64,000 nt of DNA from a bacterium (GTDB taxonomy: Bacteria; RBG-13-66-14; B26-G2; WVWN01), in NCBI GenBank assembly GCA_035529855.1, contig DATKVX010000039.1, positions 4,244 through 68,243 of the forward strand, given 5' to 3'. This document shows positions 47,701 through 57,353 of the stretch, in pieces. Numbering within the stretch: the first letter of the stretch is position 1; the number at the start of each line of letters is the position of its first letter. The position numbers and the translations under genes were made by a program. Under the pieces are notes generated by a model that did not search any database, was not told the DNA's origin, and saw only the letters and a program-made list of their open reading frames with translations.

Positions 47701-49414
47701 GTTCTCCGGAAGAGAGAGGACGTTCCTCGCCGAGGATATCGACCTGCTCAAAACTATATGCGACCAGCTGGCCGTCTTTATCGAGAACGCTCAACTCTTC
47801 GCTCAAAACGCCAGCCGTATGAAAGAGTTGGTAACTTTATTGGATACCTCCAAAACGTTATCTTCTTCGCTCGACACCGAGGAAATCATCTATAACATCG
47901 CCCAAAAAGTTAAAGACCTTATCGGTACGGACGCGTGTACCGTGTTCCTGCTGGACCGGGACGCCGGCGTCCTCGAGCCCATAGTCAGTCTGACCGCGTA
48001 CCCCGAGGAGGTAATGAAAATACGGCTGAAACTGGGAGAGGGCATTACCGGCCACGTGGCGCTAACCGGCGTAGGCGAATACGTCAACGACGCCGGCCTG
48101 GACCACCGCTCGCTGGAAGTCCCCGGCACCCCGTACGAGGAAAGGGAATCGCTGTTGTGCGTGCCGTTGATTTCCCGCGAAGAAGTCATCGGGGTTATGA
48201 CGCTGGGGCGTTTGGGGGGCGAGGTCTTCACCGACCGCGACCTACAACTCGTTACCCTCTTCGCCGGGCAGGTCGCGGGTTCGATCGAGAACGCCCGCCT
48301 TTTCGACCGCGTATTGTCGTCGATATCGATCGCCGAAGAGCACCGGCGCAAATTGGACGCCATCTTCGCGAGCATCGCGGACGCCATCGTCGTTACCGAC
48401 ATGGGCCTGCGCGTCGTCGAGGTCAACCCCGCGGCCGAGAAGATGCTGGGGCGGCAAGCGGAGAGCATCATCAACCACCACGTACGCTCGATTATCGAAA
48501 CCCCTACGCTCCACGAGACGTTCGAAAAGGCAAGCGCCATGCTGCAGGACAAGGACGTGGCGGAATTCGAACTCGCGTTAACCCCGCCGGGCGGGGGCGG
48601 CAAGACCGGTTATTACCGCGTGTTGGTCAACGCCGTCGCCAACCAGGCCGGCGAAAGGGTCGGGTACGTCGCGACGTTCCGAGACGTCACGGAATCCAAA
48701 GAGCTGACGTTCCTCAAAGAGAACTTCATCGCCAACGTGAGCCACGAGCTGCGGACGCCGCTCACGTCGATAATCGGGAGCGCCGAACTCATAATCGCCG
48801 ACGACAAAGCCGGCACCTTTCCCTACTCCCAATTCGTACGCATCATCGACAAAGAGGCGCGCCGGCTGCGCGAGCTGGTAGACAGCATCCTCGACTTCTC
48901 TCTCTTGGAATCGAGACGGTTGGAGTTGAACCTCGAGTACGTAGAAATCAACGACCTCGCCGCCGAGACGACCCAAAAGTACCAACCGATGGCGGACCGG
49001 AACGGCATTTCGCTGGAATTCGACCCGGGTAAAAGCATCCCCGGCACGTACGCCGACCCGAACCTGGTCCGAAGCGCGCTCGCGAACCTGATAAAAAACG
49101 CCATTCAGTTCAACTCGGCGGGAGGCCGCGTGCGCGTATCGACCGGGGCCCGGGACGGCGACGTGGCGCTCGCCGTCGCCGACGACGGGCCCGGCATCCC
49201 CCAAGACCAACTCATGACCATCTTCTCGACGTTCTACCAAGTGGACGGCTCCAGCACGCGCGCGGTGGGCGGAACGGGCCTCGGCCTAACGATCGCGAAA
49301 AGGGCCGCCGAATCCCACGGCGGCCGCATCGACGTCTCGTCGGAAGTGGGGGTCGGCTCGACCTTCACCATCCTCCTGCCGCTTCGAACCGAACCTACCG
49401 CCGAAACCGAATAA
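44729..49414 (+). CDS. Giant cytoplasmic sensor histidine kinase of 1561 aa: tandem GAF domains (at least 6), a PAS domain, HisKA and HATPase_c. No TM segment.
   Basis: Repeated GAF cores follow the pattern ...LAVPL/LCVPV/IAVPI...GV(L/I)... PAS spans about 1200-1320. The H-box is NVSHELRTPLTSIIG. The N/G1/G2 boxes are LIKNAIQFN...DDGPGIP...GGTGLGL. No response regulator is adjacent. Confidence 0.85.
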   Translation: MASPSRNNEPADARRRKDARALKMRVHGTTSRAELLPLATSGLAEYFGAEACAIVSREGTDQLEIALSTGPSGKYRQLSSPVADENVATRALRSGRVLNLPSASADDLAGLPLVKGYAGGSVLAVPLKSADGVTGVTVLVKGAEAGAFSPEDEAESRSFADEIAATLTAISGRENLSAELDRLKWENKQLRLVIESAPALSSAQDLQTPLERLLQETRKGIPFDKGAVYFYDEKSDAVKQLATVGYTPEEAQLITETFRESLAYQALQDNETAYVVDVSAAAGGLMTAETSVGSSLAVPIAVGETAFGVITLGSDVRGAFEKEDVTFVEALAACAASAVENARRLEGERKRALQLSLINEIGKKALLSASTRELYKEIAAAIKDKFNYYNVAIFSVDAREDELFLETIVGGYANYLPVGYRQRRSDGLVGAAVEAKRTILVNDVTKDDRFLAANPSLTETKSELCVPVIGRGGAAVAAVIDIQSRRTGAFEESDTLVLATLADQVGVIIENAGLLREERQRASEIALIGDLGKEILAAHDVPALLRKASAAIRRHFKYFNVAAFLVDPDDVQTIIGSVVEGAYEKALERPPRIKLGEGFIGWAAEKGEVAFSNDATNDPRYAPDPIPGDTRSEIAVPIKIGDRVVGVLDVQENAKDALTKHDLDLLRTFADQLAVAIQNVKLLTDEQKATHNAETLLHIGHIVSQTPDLEKSLEFLVEETRTIMDADASALILLDDAKGPKQFKASAGLSEESEKLLSSGEINVGGHPIFEEAAARNKPVFLADVGPTDDKVKGDLLPGLTARSLAVAALKKKNRVLGFLLSIWQTPRPAVSESDLALFEGIAFQAAIGVENLLYLENVKRQTDYLAILSSIAADASRLPPFDELLDAALEKIRSFAGLDAGVVHLYDAKRRSLVLTATASVDDEKSKSWEGLADIGGERAAALLTEDTITRERPAEADPFGLPARDAEGPASYVSLPLVAKREVLGRLTLFSGRERTFLAEDIDLLKTICDQLAVFIENAQLFAQNASRMKELVTLLDTSKTLSSSLDTEEIIYNIAQKVKDLIGTDACTVFLLDRDAGVLEPIVSLTAYPEEVMKIRLKLGEGITGHVALTGVGEYVNDAGLDHRSLEVPGTPYEERESLLCVPLISREEVIGVMTLGRLGGEVFTDRDLQLVTLFAGQVAGSIENARLFDRVLSSISIAEEHRRKLDAIFASIADAIVVTDMGLRVVEVNPAAEKMLGRQAESIINHHVRSIIETPTLHETFEKASAMLQDKDVAEFELALTPPGGGGKTGYYRVLVNAVANQAGERVGYVATFRDVTESKELTFLKENFIANVSHELRTPLTSIIGSAELIIADDKAGTFPYSQFVRIIDKEARRLRELVDSILDFSLLESRRLELNLEYVEINDLAAETTQKYQPMADRNGISLEFDPGKSIPGTYADPNLVRSALANLIKNAIQFNSAGGRVRVSTGARDGDVALAVADDGPGIPQDQLMTIFSTFYQVDGSSTRAVGGTGLGLTIAKRAAESHGGRIDVSSEVGVGSTFTILLPLRTEPTAETE

Positions 49415-49445
49415 AAAAAACGGCCCGCCCGGGCCGTTTCTTATT
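49415..49445 (+). terminator. Rho-independent terminator after the histidine kinase.
   Basis: AAAAAAAA-CGGCCCG-CCC-GGGCCG-TTTCTTATT. Confidence 0.7.
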
Positions 49446-49460
49446 GCGGAAAGGTATCCC

Positions 49461-51578
49461 CTACAGTGGTATCATATACGATACCTTCAGGAACACCACC
49501 TGTTCGACCAACGAGAAATGGCCCGTGGAATCCCGCCATTGCTCGTACGCGAGGTAGGCCGTGCTACCCGGGAGGAAGTCCCAACCCCAAAGCGTACTCG
49601 CGGAGCTCATACGGTTGTCCGAATTACCCTGTACGATAACCCGCCAGAAAATGTTATCCGTCAAATTGTACGTAACTTTCACGTTCCCGACTACGAAGCG
49701 CTCCGCCGGGCGCCGGTCGCCCACTTCCACGTCGCCGTTAACGACGACGACGGGGACGGGTATTAGGGTGCCTTGCAACGTGTAGTAATGGTAGAAGTAG
49801 CCGTACCACATCCCGCGCCAGTAGCCCAGGCGGAAACTCCCCCACGACGCCGGGCTGTGGCCCGCCGCCAAGTCGAAGACGTCGTTGTGGAATACGGGGT
49901 ACCCGGAAGGGACGTAGCGCAAATCCCTCCCGCCTCGGTAATTCAACGTTACGTAATAATCGTTCTCGGAGGCCAACCTCGCCGTGGACGATACGAAATT
50001 GTTCACCGTCTCGCCGGCTACGTTGCGTTCGTGTTCGTAATACCCGTTTAACCTGAGCGCGCGCACGCCGCCCCGGTTGATCTGCAGCTCCCTCAACCCG
50101 GAACACCCGAACTCGCGCTTGCCCAAATCTTCCGGGTGCAGGAAACCCATGTCCGCCCGGAAATCCTCCCCTATCGTCGAGGCCCACGCTTCCAGGTTTT
50201 CCGTTATGCCGTACCTCCCGAAGCTCCCGATGACCGCGTAGTCGTCGCCGCCGTCGCCCGCGGTTTGGGACCTCGCCGCCTCAAAACCGAAACCCAACCG
50301 CGCCGGCAATACCACCCTACCGTCCGCCATCACGACGTCGTTGTACCGCGGCAAGTCGTTACCCGGCTCTTCCTCGCCCGCCGCCTCCCGGCCGAATTCG
50401 TGCCGGTCGACGACCATAAAGCCCAACGACGAACCGCCCGGCGTATCGTACGTCGCCCGGGCCACGCCGAAGTTATTGTGGGGGTAAAGCAAGTCGTCCC
50501 CCGTCAACGCCGCGTCCAGGACGCCGTAGTTTACGGGCCCCGTCCGTCCCGTTACCTTCGCGCCCGCCGCGATTTCCGTGAGACGCCGCGTATAAACGAG
50601 GTCGGAGTAAGTATCGAAAAGCTCGTACCCCTCGGTGAAAAAAGGCCGCTTCTCCTCCAGCCATATCTCGGAGGGCTCGAGGTTTATCTGCGCCGGGTCG
50701 GCCTCGATGTACGCGTAATCGGGCAATACCGTAGCCAGAACGCTGGCCTTGGCGCCGGCCCGATATTCGAAGTCCAGGCCGTAGCGCGGTTTGAACCCCC
50801 ACCCGTCGGTGGGTTCTAAGCCGTAGGCGGGCGTATCTTTCTTTTCCTCGCCGCGCCCCGTCACGTACGGCGTAAACTTCAACGGCCGCGGCCGGGGTAG
50901 GTTCTCTAAACCCTCGACCCGGCCGAAGGTCGAAACGCGGTTGAGGAAGCTTCCGTCGCTGGCCCAATACGTCTCCTCGAACGTCGGCTTCCTAAAGCGT
51001 AAGAACTGGACGCCGAAGTGACCCGCGTCCCGGTCGTAGCGCAGCGTCGACCACGGTATCGCTATCTCGCAGTACCAGGCGTCGTCGCCGACGGAAGTCT
51101 TCGCCTCCCAATACCCGTCCCACGCCGAGCCGCCCACCGAACCGTCTTTCGCAATGCTCCCGTCGTACCGCACGCCCCGCCAGTTTACCATGAAGTCGTA
51201 CGCCGACTGGCGGTCGTTGTTGGCGTCGAGCATGAGGTCGACGCAATCGTCGTCGTTCATAAACATGTCTCGCACCGTAGCGCAGGCCACGAGACGCGTC
51301 GGGTCGTCCTCGTAGCATACCCATCCCACGTACAACGCCTCGTCGTCGTACAATATGTATACCTCGGTGTCTTTCAAGACCGGGTCGTTCAGCGCGGGCC
51401 GGAATTGCCGGAAGCCGCCGGCCGGTTCGGCCTCGAGCCAAACCTCCTCCAGCACACCGTCGATTACGGGCGGCGTATCCACCCGGCGCGCGCGCATGAC
51501 CCACTCGTCGCCCTCGGCGCCGTAGGCCGCCGCGACGGCGGACGAAATTAAATAGGCTACAATCTCGACTCGCTTCAT
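49461..51578 (-). CDS. DUF5916/CBM9-like domain protein, a secreted outer-membrane-type beta-rich protein.
   Basis: The signal peptide is MKRVEIVAYLISSAVAAAYG. The N-terminal CBM9-like region reads RRVDTPPVIDGVLEEVWLEAEP...DDEALYVGW. The C-terminal beta-rich region is long. Confidence 0.5.
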   Translation of the reverse strand: MKRVEIVAYLISSAVAAAYGAEGDEWVMRARRVDTPPVIDGVLEEVWLEAEPAGGFRQFRPALNDPVLKDTEVYILYDDEALYVGWVCYEDDPTRLVACATVRDMFMNDDDCVDLMLDANNDRQSAYDFMVNWRGVRYDGSIAKDGSVGGSAWDGYWEAKTSVGDDAWYCEIAIPWSTLRYDRDAGHFGVQFLRFRKPTFEETYWASDGSFLNRVSTFGRVEGLENLPRPRPLKFTPYVTGRGEEKKDTPAYGLEPTDGWGFKPRYGLDFEYRAGAKASVLATVLPDYAYIEADPAQINLEPSEIWLEEKRPFFTEGYELFDTYSDLVYTRRLTEIAAGAKVTGRTGPVNYGVLDAALTGDDLLYPHNNFGVARATYDTPGGSSLGFMVVDRHEFGREAAGEEEPGNDLPRYNDVVMADGRVVLPARLGFGFEAARSQTAGDGGDDYAVIGSFGRYGITENLEAWASTIGEDFRADMGFLHPEDLGKREFGCSGLRELQINRGGVRALRLNGYYEHERNVAGETVNNFVSSTARLASENDYYVTLNYRGGRDLRYVPSGYPVFHNDVFDLAAGHSPASWGSFRLGYWRGMWYGYFYHYYTLQGTLIPVPVVVVNGDVEVGDRRPAERFVVGNVKVTYNLTDNIFWRVIVQGNSDNRMSSASTLWGWDFLPGSTAYLAYEQWRDSTGHFSLVEQVVFLKVSYMIPL

Positions 51579-51668
51579 ACTACCCCTCGGATTAATTTAA
51601 TATAGATATATACGTATATCCGGCTGCGAGGTTGCCGCCGTCTTAACTCACCGTCATTTCGGGGGGAT

Positions 51669-52528
51669 TTAAACTTTCAAGAAGCGTCGCACCGCCACGC
51701 TCGAGCCCAACGCGCCGCCCAGGGCGAACGCGCCCAAGCCCGCGCCGACGTACGTCTCCGGCAAAAAGCGAACCGCCACGTCGTACGTTTGCAGAAACTG
51801 GACGCCGCCGTACAACGCGGCCAACGCCAGCAGGCCGCCGAAGACGCCGATTAAAAAACCCTCCACGACGAAAGGCGCCCGCACGAAACCGTCCGTAGCG
51901 CCGACCATCTTCATAATAGCTATAGTCTCGCGGCGGGCGTATACCGCCAGGCCGATGGTGCTAATAACGACCAATATCGCCGCCGCGCCGAGCACGACCG
52001 CCACCGCGGCCCCCGCTACGCCGACGACCCGCGCCGCCCGCTCCAAATTCGAGAGCCACTCTTGGGCGTACACGGCGTCGTCCACGCCGTCCACCGCTTT
52101 TATTTCCTCGACCAACCTCGCGACCTCTTCCGGCGCCCGCTCTTCGCCGGCCAGGTACACGCGGTACGACGCCGGCAGCGGGTTCTCGCCTAACGCGCTC
52201 AAGAGGTCGCTGTCCTCGGGGAACAGGCCGACGAATTCTTCCGCGGCCTTCTCGCGCGATATGTAGTCGGCGCGCGCTACCCCCGGCAACCTCCGCAAAT
52301 GCTTGCCGACCGCCGCGGCCCGTTCCTCGTCGACCTCGTATTTCATATAGACGTCGACGTAAAGCTCTTGCCTTACCTCCTCGTATATCATCCGGAGGTT
52401 ATAGTACACCGTCCCGAATATCCCGGCGATAAGCGCCGCGAACGTTATCGCCAGTACGGCCGCCGCCGTGAGGGTCCCGCCGCGGCCTATATTCTTGAAA
52501 GCCTCCCGCAGGAAAAAGCCGGTGTTTT

Positions 52529-52532
<4 letters not shown>
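51669..52532 (-). CDS. ftsX: Cell-division ABC transporter permease FtsX.
   Basis: FtsX topology: TM1, a periplasmic loop, then 3 TM. Reads ...MKMVGATDGFVRAPFVVEG... Confidence 0.8.
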
Positions 52533-53206
<674 letters not shown>

Positions 53207-53221
53207 ACGGCTCTACTTCCC

Positions 53222-53575
53222 CTAAAAGGTCAAGACTTTATCGGCCCACGCGAGCCAATCGGCAAGGTCCTTCAACGTCGCCGCCGGCGCCTGGGAGTGC
53301 ACTTTGTCCGCCGGAAGGTCACGGTTCTTGAGACAAGTCCCGCAGGTCTTGAACGTTACGCCGGAGCACGCCGCTACTTCGAATTCGGTGTCGGCGTCGT
53401 ATTCCGGATTCTCGGGTTGAGGGATGTCCTCGTGCGCCAACGTTACGGCGTCCGACATTAAAAAAACGTTCACCTCGTCGCCGAGTTCTTTTTGGAACGT
53501 CGCGACCCGCAACGCGTTCCAAACGACGTCGCTGCGGTCGTACGGGTCGGCGTACGTTACTACGAGTAACTTCAC
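53222..53575 (-). CDS. DsrE/DsrF-like family protein.
   Basis: 117 aa. MKLLVVTYADPYDRSDVVWNALRVA...CGTCLKNR shows the DsrE fold pattern. Confidence 0.5.
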   Translation of the reverse strand: MKLLVVTYADPYDRSDVVWNALRVATFQKELGDEVNVFLMSDAVTLAHEDIPQPENPEYDADTEFEVAACSGVTFKTCGTCLKNRDLPADKVHSQAPAATLKDLADWLAWADKVLTF

Positions 53576-53591
53576 GGTCGTCGACCTCCTT

Positions 53592-55883
53592 TTAAAACAG
53601 GTCGCCCGGGGCCCCGTACTGCTCCTCGCCGCCCGGCGGCCCCTCCCCCGCCGCCCCCAACATTGACCCGGCGTCGAGCCGGAACGCCGGCTTGGCGGCC
53701 TCGCCCGTTACGACAAAGTTAAAGTGGCCCCGGCCGTCTTCGTCCCGGACGAGCGCGAGCGCTTTGCCCTCCCGGGCCACGCGCTCCGCGGCTTTTTTAT
53801 TAAAAGTCGTACGTACGGTAAAATCGAGCTTTTTCTCGAGCGTAACTTCGCCCGCGGCCTCGATAACCATATCCGGGTTCTCGAGCTTCAGGTCGGCGGT
53901 TCGAATCACGCCGTCGCGGCCGTCGCACATCACCCATAACTTCGAAACCTGCAGCGGCTCGAAAAGGTCTATACGCGACCACTTCACCAATTCGGCGAGC
54001 AGGGGCAGTTCGGCGACGCGGCCTCCCTCCAGCTCGAGCGAGCCCTTGCCTCCCAACGACCGTTTTACGTCGTCGTACGCCGTTCCCTCGGCGGAGAAAG
54101 TGACGTCGGCTGAGAACCGGCCCGTGAGGACGTTTTCCAAGTATTTATTTTCCGTCAGGAAAATGCCCAGCCGCGCGTCGCGAACGGCGGCGGAGCACGT
54201 ATACCGCGGCCGGCCGCCGACGTATACCGTCAGCTGCGCCCGGACCTTCCCGTCGTACGCCGCGAAGTCGAGCTTGGTGACGCTCAGTATGCCGCCGCTA
54301 TACTCGAAATCCGATTCCAGGTTTTTACCGGTTACCGAGAGGAGCTTGAACTTCTTGAACCGCACCCGGCCTTTCGCCGTAATATCCTTGCCCGGTAGGC
54401 CCGGCGGCGACGAGCCGCGTTCGGCGTGCCGGCGCTTCGTCTCCTCGGCCGGCAACGCCGCGTCGAGGTCAAGTTCGTCGGCGACGGCGACGAAGTCCAG
54501 CCGCGGCGTCTCGAAGCCTTGCCAGCTGCCGCCGATCTCGAAACCGTGCCCCGCGAGCTGCCCCTTCAACTTGCCGACGTTTACCTTATATCCGTCGCAG
54601 TACGCCGTACCGGCCAGGTTTTGGAAGGGGCGTACGAAAGGTTTGAGCCGTACCCGGCAACCGAGGAGCTCGACGGTCCCGTCGACCGACGTCCCCCCGG
54701 GCGACGACACCTCCCCGTCGACGTCGACGTTCAGCTGCGCCGGGCCGGCGAGCATATAGGCGTCGGGCACGGCGAGCACGACGGCCGCCACCTCCAAGGG
54801 CACCGCGCCCTCTATTTTGAGTTGGTACGGCCAATTCCTGTCGGGCCGTATCGTCCCGTACCCTTTGAAGCCCCCGCGCGTCGTCTGGCCGCGGAAATTC
54901 TCGATTACGTACTTCTCGCCCTCGAAACGCACTTTGGCGGCAACGCTCGATATCCCGTCCCCCTCAAACGGCTTTAACGCGCCCTTCTTCACCTCGAGCT
55001 CGCCCCGTACGTCCGGACGGCGGCCCTCGCCCCATTTCCCTTTAACCGTCAGGCTCAGGTCCATCTCGCCTTCCACGTCGGCATCGCCGAAGCGGGGCGC
55101 TAGCGCCGGCAGGACCTGCTCGAGTGCCATCCGTTTTCCTTTAACGGTCAGGTCGACGTCGTTCTCGCCCGGGCCGGTTTGCAACTCGCCGGCGACGGTC
55201 AACCGGGCTTTGCCGAACAAGAAGTCGAGCTCTTCGAAGAAGATGCGGCCGCCCGGCGCTTCGGGCCGGTAGCGAATCTCCCCTTCGGCCGCGACGGCCA
55301 TACCGCCGGCCACTTCCCCCGCGCCGGCGGCGAACCTGAACTTGTCGGCGTGGAGCTTGCCGCGTACGTCGAGCTCTTCGCCCCACGAAACCTTACAACG
55401 GACGCGGCCGCCCAGGCCGTCTATAAGCGCCGTCCGCGTCTTGCCGGCGTACCGGACGAACCCCTCCGCCACGGTAACGGTCCCGCGGAACGGCGGGCCC
55501 TTTCCCTCCTCGCCGAAAGCCACGTCGCCCGGCGCCAGGTCGACCCGCGGGCGGATGAACGCCACGACCGCCACGCTCGGCTTGAGGGCCACGAAGCCGA
55601 CGTACGACAGCCCCAGGCTAACCTCGTCGGCGCGGACGATTTCTTTGCCGGCTCCGTTCACCAGGACGACGTCGCCCAGCGTAACCGCCGGCCGGGGGAA
55701 GAGTTTAAAGCGCGCCTTGACGTACCGCACGTCCAGGCCGGGACCTTCTTTCATAGCCTGCGCGAACGCCTTCGCGACGCGTTCCTTGCCCACTACCGCC
55801 GGCGCAACCGCGGCGTAATAGAGGACGCCCAGCGCCACGAGCGCCAAAACGAATACGAAAATAATTAATCTGCGTTTCTTCAT
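53592..55883 (-). CDS. AsmA-family outer-membrane biogenesis protein.
   Basis: The N-terminal TM anchor MKKRRLIIFVFVLALVALGVLYY is followed by a long repetitive beta-rich periplasmic domain. Confidence 0.65.
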   Translation of the reverse strand: MKKRRLIIFVFVLALVALGVLYYAAVAPAVVGKERVAKAFAQAMKEGPGLDVRYVKARFKLFPRPAVTLGDVVLVNGAGKEIVRADEVSLGLSYVGFVALKPSVAVVAFIRPRVDLAPGDVAFGEEGKGPPFRGTVTVAEGFVRYAGKTRTALIDGLGGRVRCKVSWGEELDVRGKLHADKFRFAAGAGEVAGGMAVAAEGEIRYRPEAPGGRIFFEELDFLFGKARLTVAGELQTGPGENDVDLTVKGKRMALEQVLPALAPRFGDADVEGEMDLSLTVKGKWGEGRRPDVRGELEVKKGALKPFEGDGISSVAAKVRFEGEKYVIENFRGQTTRGGFKGYGTIRPDRNWPYQLKIEGAVPLEVAAVVLAVPDAYMLAGPAQLNVDVDGEVSSPGGTSVDGTVELLGCRVRLKPFVRPFQNLAGTAYCDGYKVNVGKLKGQLAGHGFEIGGSWQGFETPRLDFVAVADELDLDAALPAEETKRRHAERGSSPPGLPGKDITAKGRVRFKKFKLLSVTGKNLESDFEYSGGILSVTKLDFAAYDGKVRAQLTVYVGGRPRYTCSAAVRDARLGIFLTENKYLENVLTGRFSADVTFSAEGTAYDDVKRSLGGKGSLELEGGRVAELPLLAELVKWSRIDLFEPLQVSKLWVMCDGRDGVIRTADLKLENPDMVIEAAGEVTLEKKLDFTVRTTFNKKAAERVAREGKALALVRDEDGRGHFNFVVTGEAAKPAFRLDAGSMLGAAGEGPPGGEEQYGAPGDLF

Positions 55884-55931
55884 AACGCGATGGCAGGCAA
55901 TCTTATACCATAGAGAGGGCGCGCGGCCAAA

Positions 55932-57266
55932 CTAAATATTCCCGCGTCGCGTCTGCGCAGCTTGCTTCTCGGCCTCGCACGCGCGGCGACACCGGCCGCA
56001 CTCGAGGCAAAGCGTAGCGTCGACAGCCTCGCGGTTCACGACTATCGCCGCCGTCGGGCAAACGTTTACGCACTCGCGGCACTCGCGGCACTCGAGCCGG
56101 GTAGCCGGCCTTCCCACCGCGGCCACCTCGCCCAATAACGCGCCCGCGGCGCATAAGTACCGGCAAAAAAAGCGGTAGTGGAACGCGGAAACCGCCAGGA
56201 CCGCGACCAGGAACAGCAGCGACATCCCCGCGGCGGCGTACGCGAACAAGTCGTCGAAGGGCTCGTACGTAGCGACGCCCAAATCCCGGCTCGCTATGAA
56301 CGCGGCGACGACGACGCATAATATAATGAAACGCAGGCCGCTGAGGCGCCGCGCGAACTCGGACGCTACTTTTAACTTGCGGACGGGCAGTTTATACAAG
56401 AGCTCCGTCAGCGCGCCGAAGGGGCAAAGCCAACCGCAATATATATTCCCGAAAAACAGCGCCAGCGCCGCGCCGCCCCCCAACAATAAATAGAGCGTAA
56501 GGCGCGGCCCGAACGGCGGGAACTTCCACAAAACCAGCCGGCCTACGTCGCCGATGGAGACGAACCGGCCCGCCCAAAAACCGAGTACTCCCACCGCCGC
56601 CGCGGCGAAGACGGCGCGAACCCATTCCGGCGGCCGCCGCCTGGCCCATATCGCCGCGCCGAAAAACGCCGCCACGACCAGCGCCCAGGCCCAATCCCAA
56701 CCCTCTCGCCCGGCGTCGAGCGGAACGGCGCGACCCAGCGCCGCGTTCAATATCTTGCGGCTCGTCACCCGCGTGGCCGCGGCGAAGGCCTCGCTCGTCA
56801 CCGTGGCCCGCGTTATGGCGTCGACGTCGCGGCCGGGCTCGAGCGGCGCCGTCGCCGGAAGGCCTACGAAAGACGAAAGGAAGTCGGCGACGTCCGCCAC
56901 GTACGACGGCGTTTCGTCGTGCCGCACCAGGACGACGCGGTCGACGGTCCCCGAACCGTCTACGACCACCAGGAGGTCGAACGGGCCGCCGTAGCCGACG
57001 ACCTCCGGCGCGGACGACGCGCTCTCGGCGGCGTAGAGCGTCTCGTCCCCCCGCCTGATGCGCCAATAGGTAATCTCGCCGTCGACCTTCTCCGGGGGCT
57101 CGGTGGCGCCGGTGAGCAACCGCACGCGTTCGGCGTCGAGCTCCCTGGGCGGCGGCTCGACGTGCCGGCCCCAAAAATACGAGCCGGTAAGGGTCGCCGC
57201 GACGACGACTATAAACGTTAACCGGCGAAGCCACCCCCGCCGGCCCCTCGCTACGCCATCGGCCAT
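55932..57266 (-). CDS. Membrane FMN-binding-domain / 4Fe-4S ferredoxin protein (NosR/NapH-like family).
   Basis: An N-terminal periplasmic FMN_bind-like region comes first. TM helices carry the CGWLCPFGAL motif. The C-terminus has CxxCxxC...CP clusters (CRECRECVNVCP, CLECGRCRRAC). Confidence 0.5.
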   Translation of the reverse strand: MADGVARGRRGWLRRLTFIVVVAATLTGSYFWGRHVEPPPRELDAERVRLLTGATEPPEKVDGEITYWRIRRGDETLYAAESASSAPEVVGYGGPFDLLVVVDGSGTVDRVVLVRHDETPSYVADVADFLSSFVGLPATAPLEPGRDVDAITRATVTSEAFAAATRVTSRKILNAALGRAVPLDAGREGWDWAWALVVAAFFGAAIWARRRPPEWVRAVFAAAAVGVLGFWAGRFVSIGDVGRLVLWKFPPFGPRLTLYLLLGGGAALALFFGNIYCGWLCPFGALTELLYKLPVRKLKVASEFARRLSGLRFIILCVVVAAFIASRDLGVATYEPFDDLFAYAAAGMSLLFLVAVLAVSAFHYRFFCRYLCAAGALLGEVAAVGRPATRLECRECRECVNVCPTAAIVVNREAVDATLCLECGRCRRACEAEKQAAQTRRGNI

Positions 57267-57318
57267 ATTTAATCCGTATTATAAGGCCGGCGCGGTAGCC
57301 CTTCAAGGAATATCGGCC

Positions 57319-57347
57319 TTGCCGCGAATACGCCGCGGTGGTAAAAT
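57319..57347 (+). promoter_or_regulatory. Sigma70-like promoter TTGCCG-17-TAAAAT ending only 6 nt before the MFS start codon, so the transcript may be leaderless.
   Basis: ttgccg(57319-24)-cgaatacgccgcggtgg-taaaat(57342-47); ATG at 57354. Confidence 0.4.
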
Positions 57348-57353
57348 ATTACA

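Noticed and set aside
56040-56110. A short tandem DNA repeat (cactcgcgg x2, encoding RECRECREC).
   Set aside because: It is a simple codon-level repeat inside the ferredoxin-like CxxC region of the FMN/FeS membrane protein. It is not a CRISPR or regulatory repeat.
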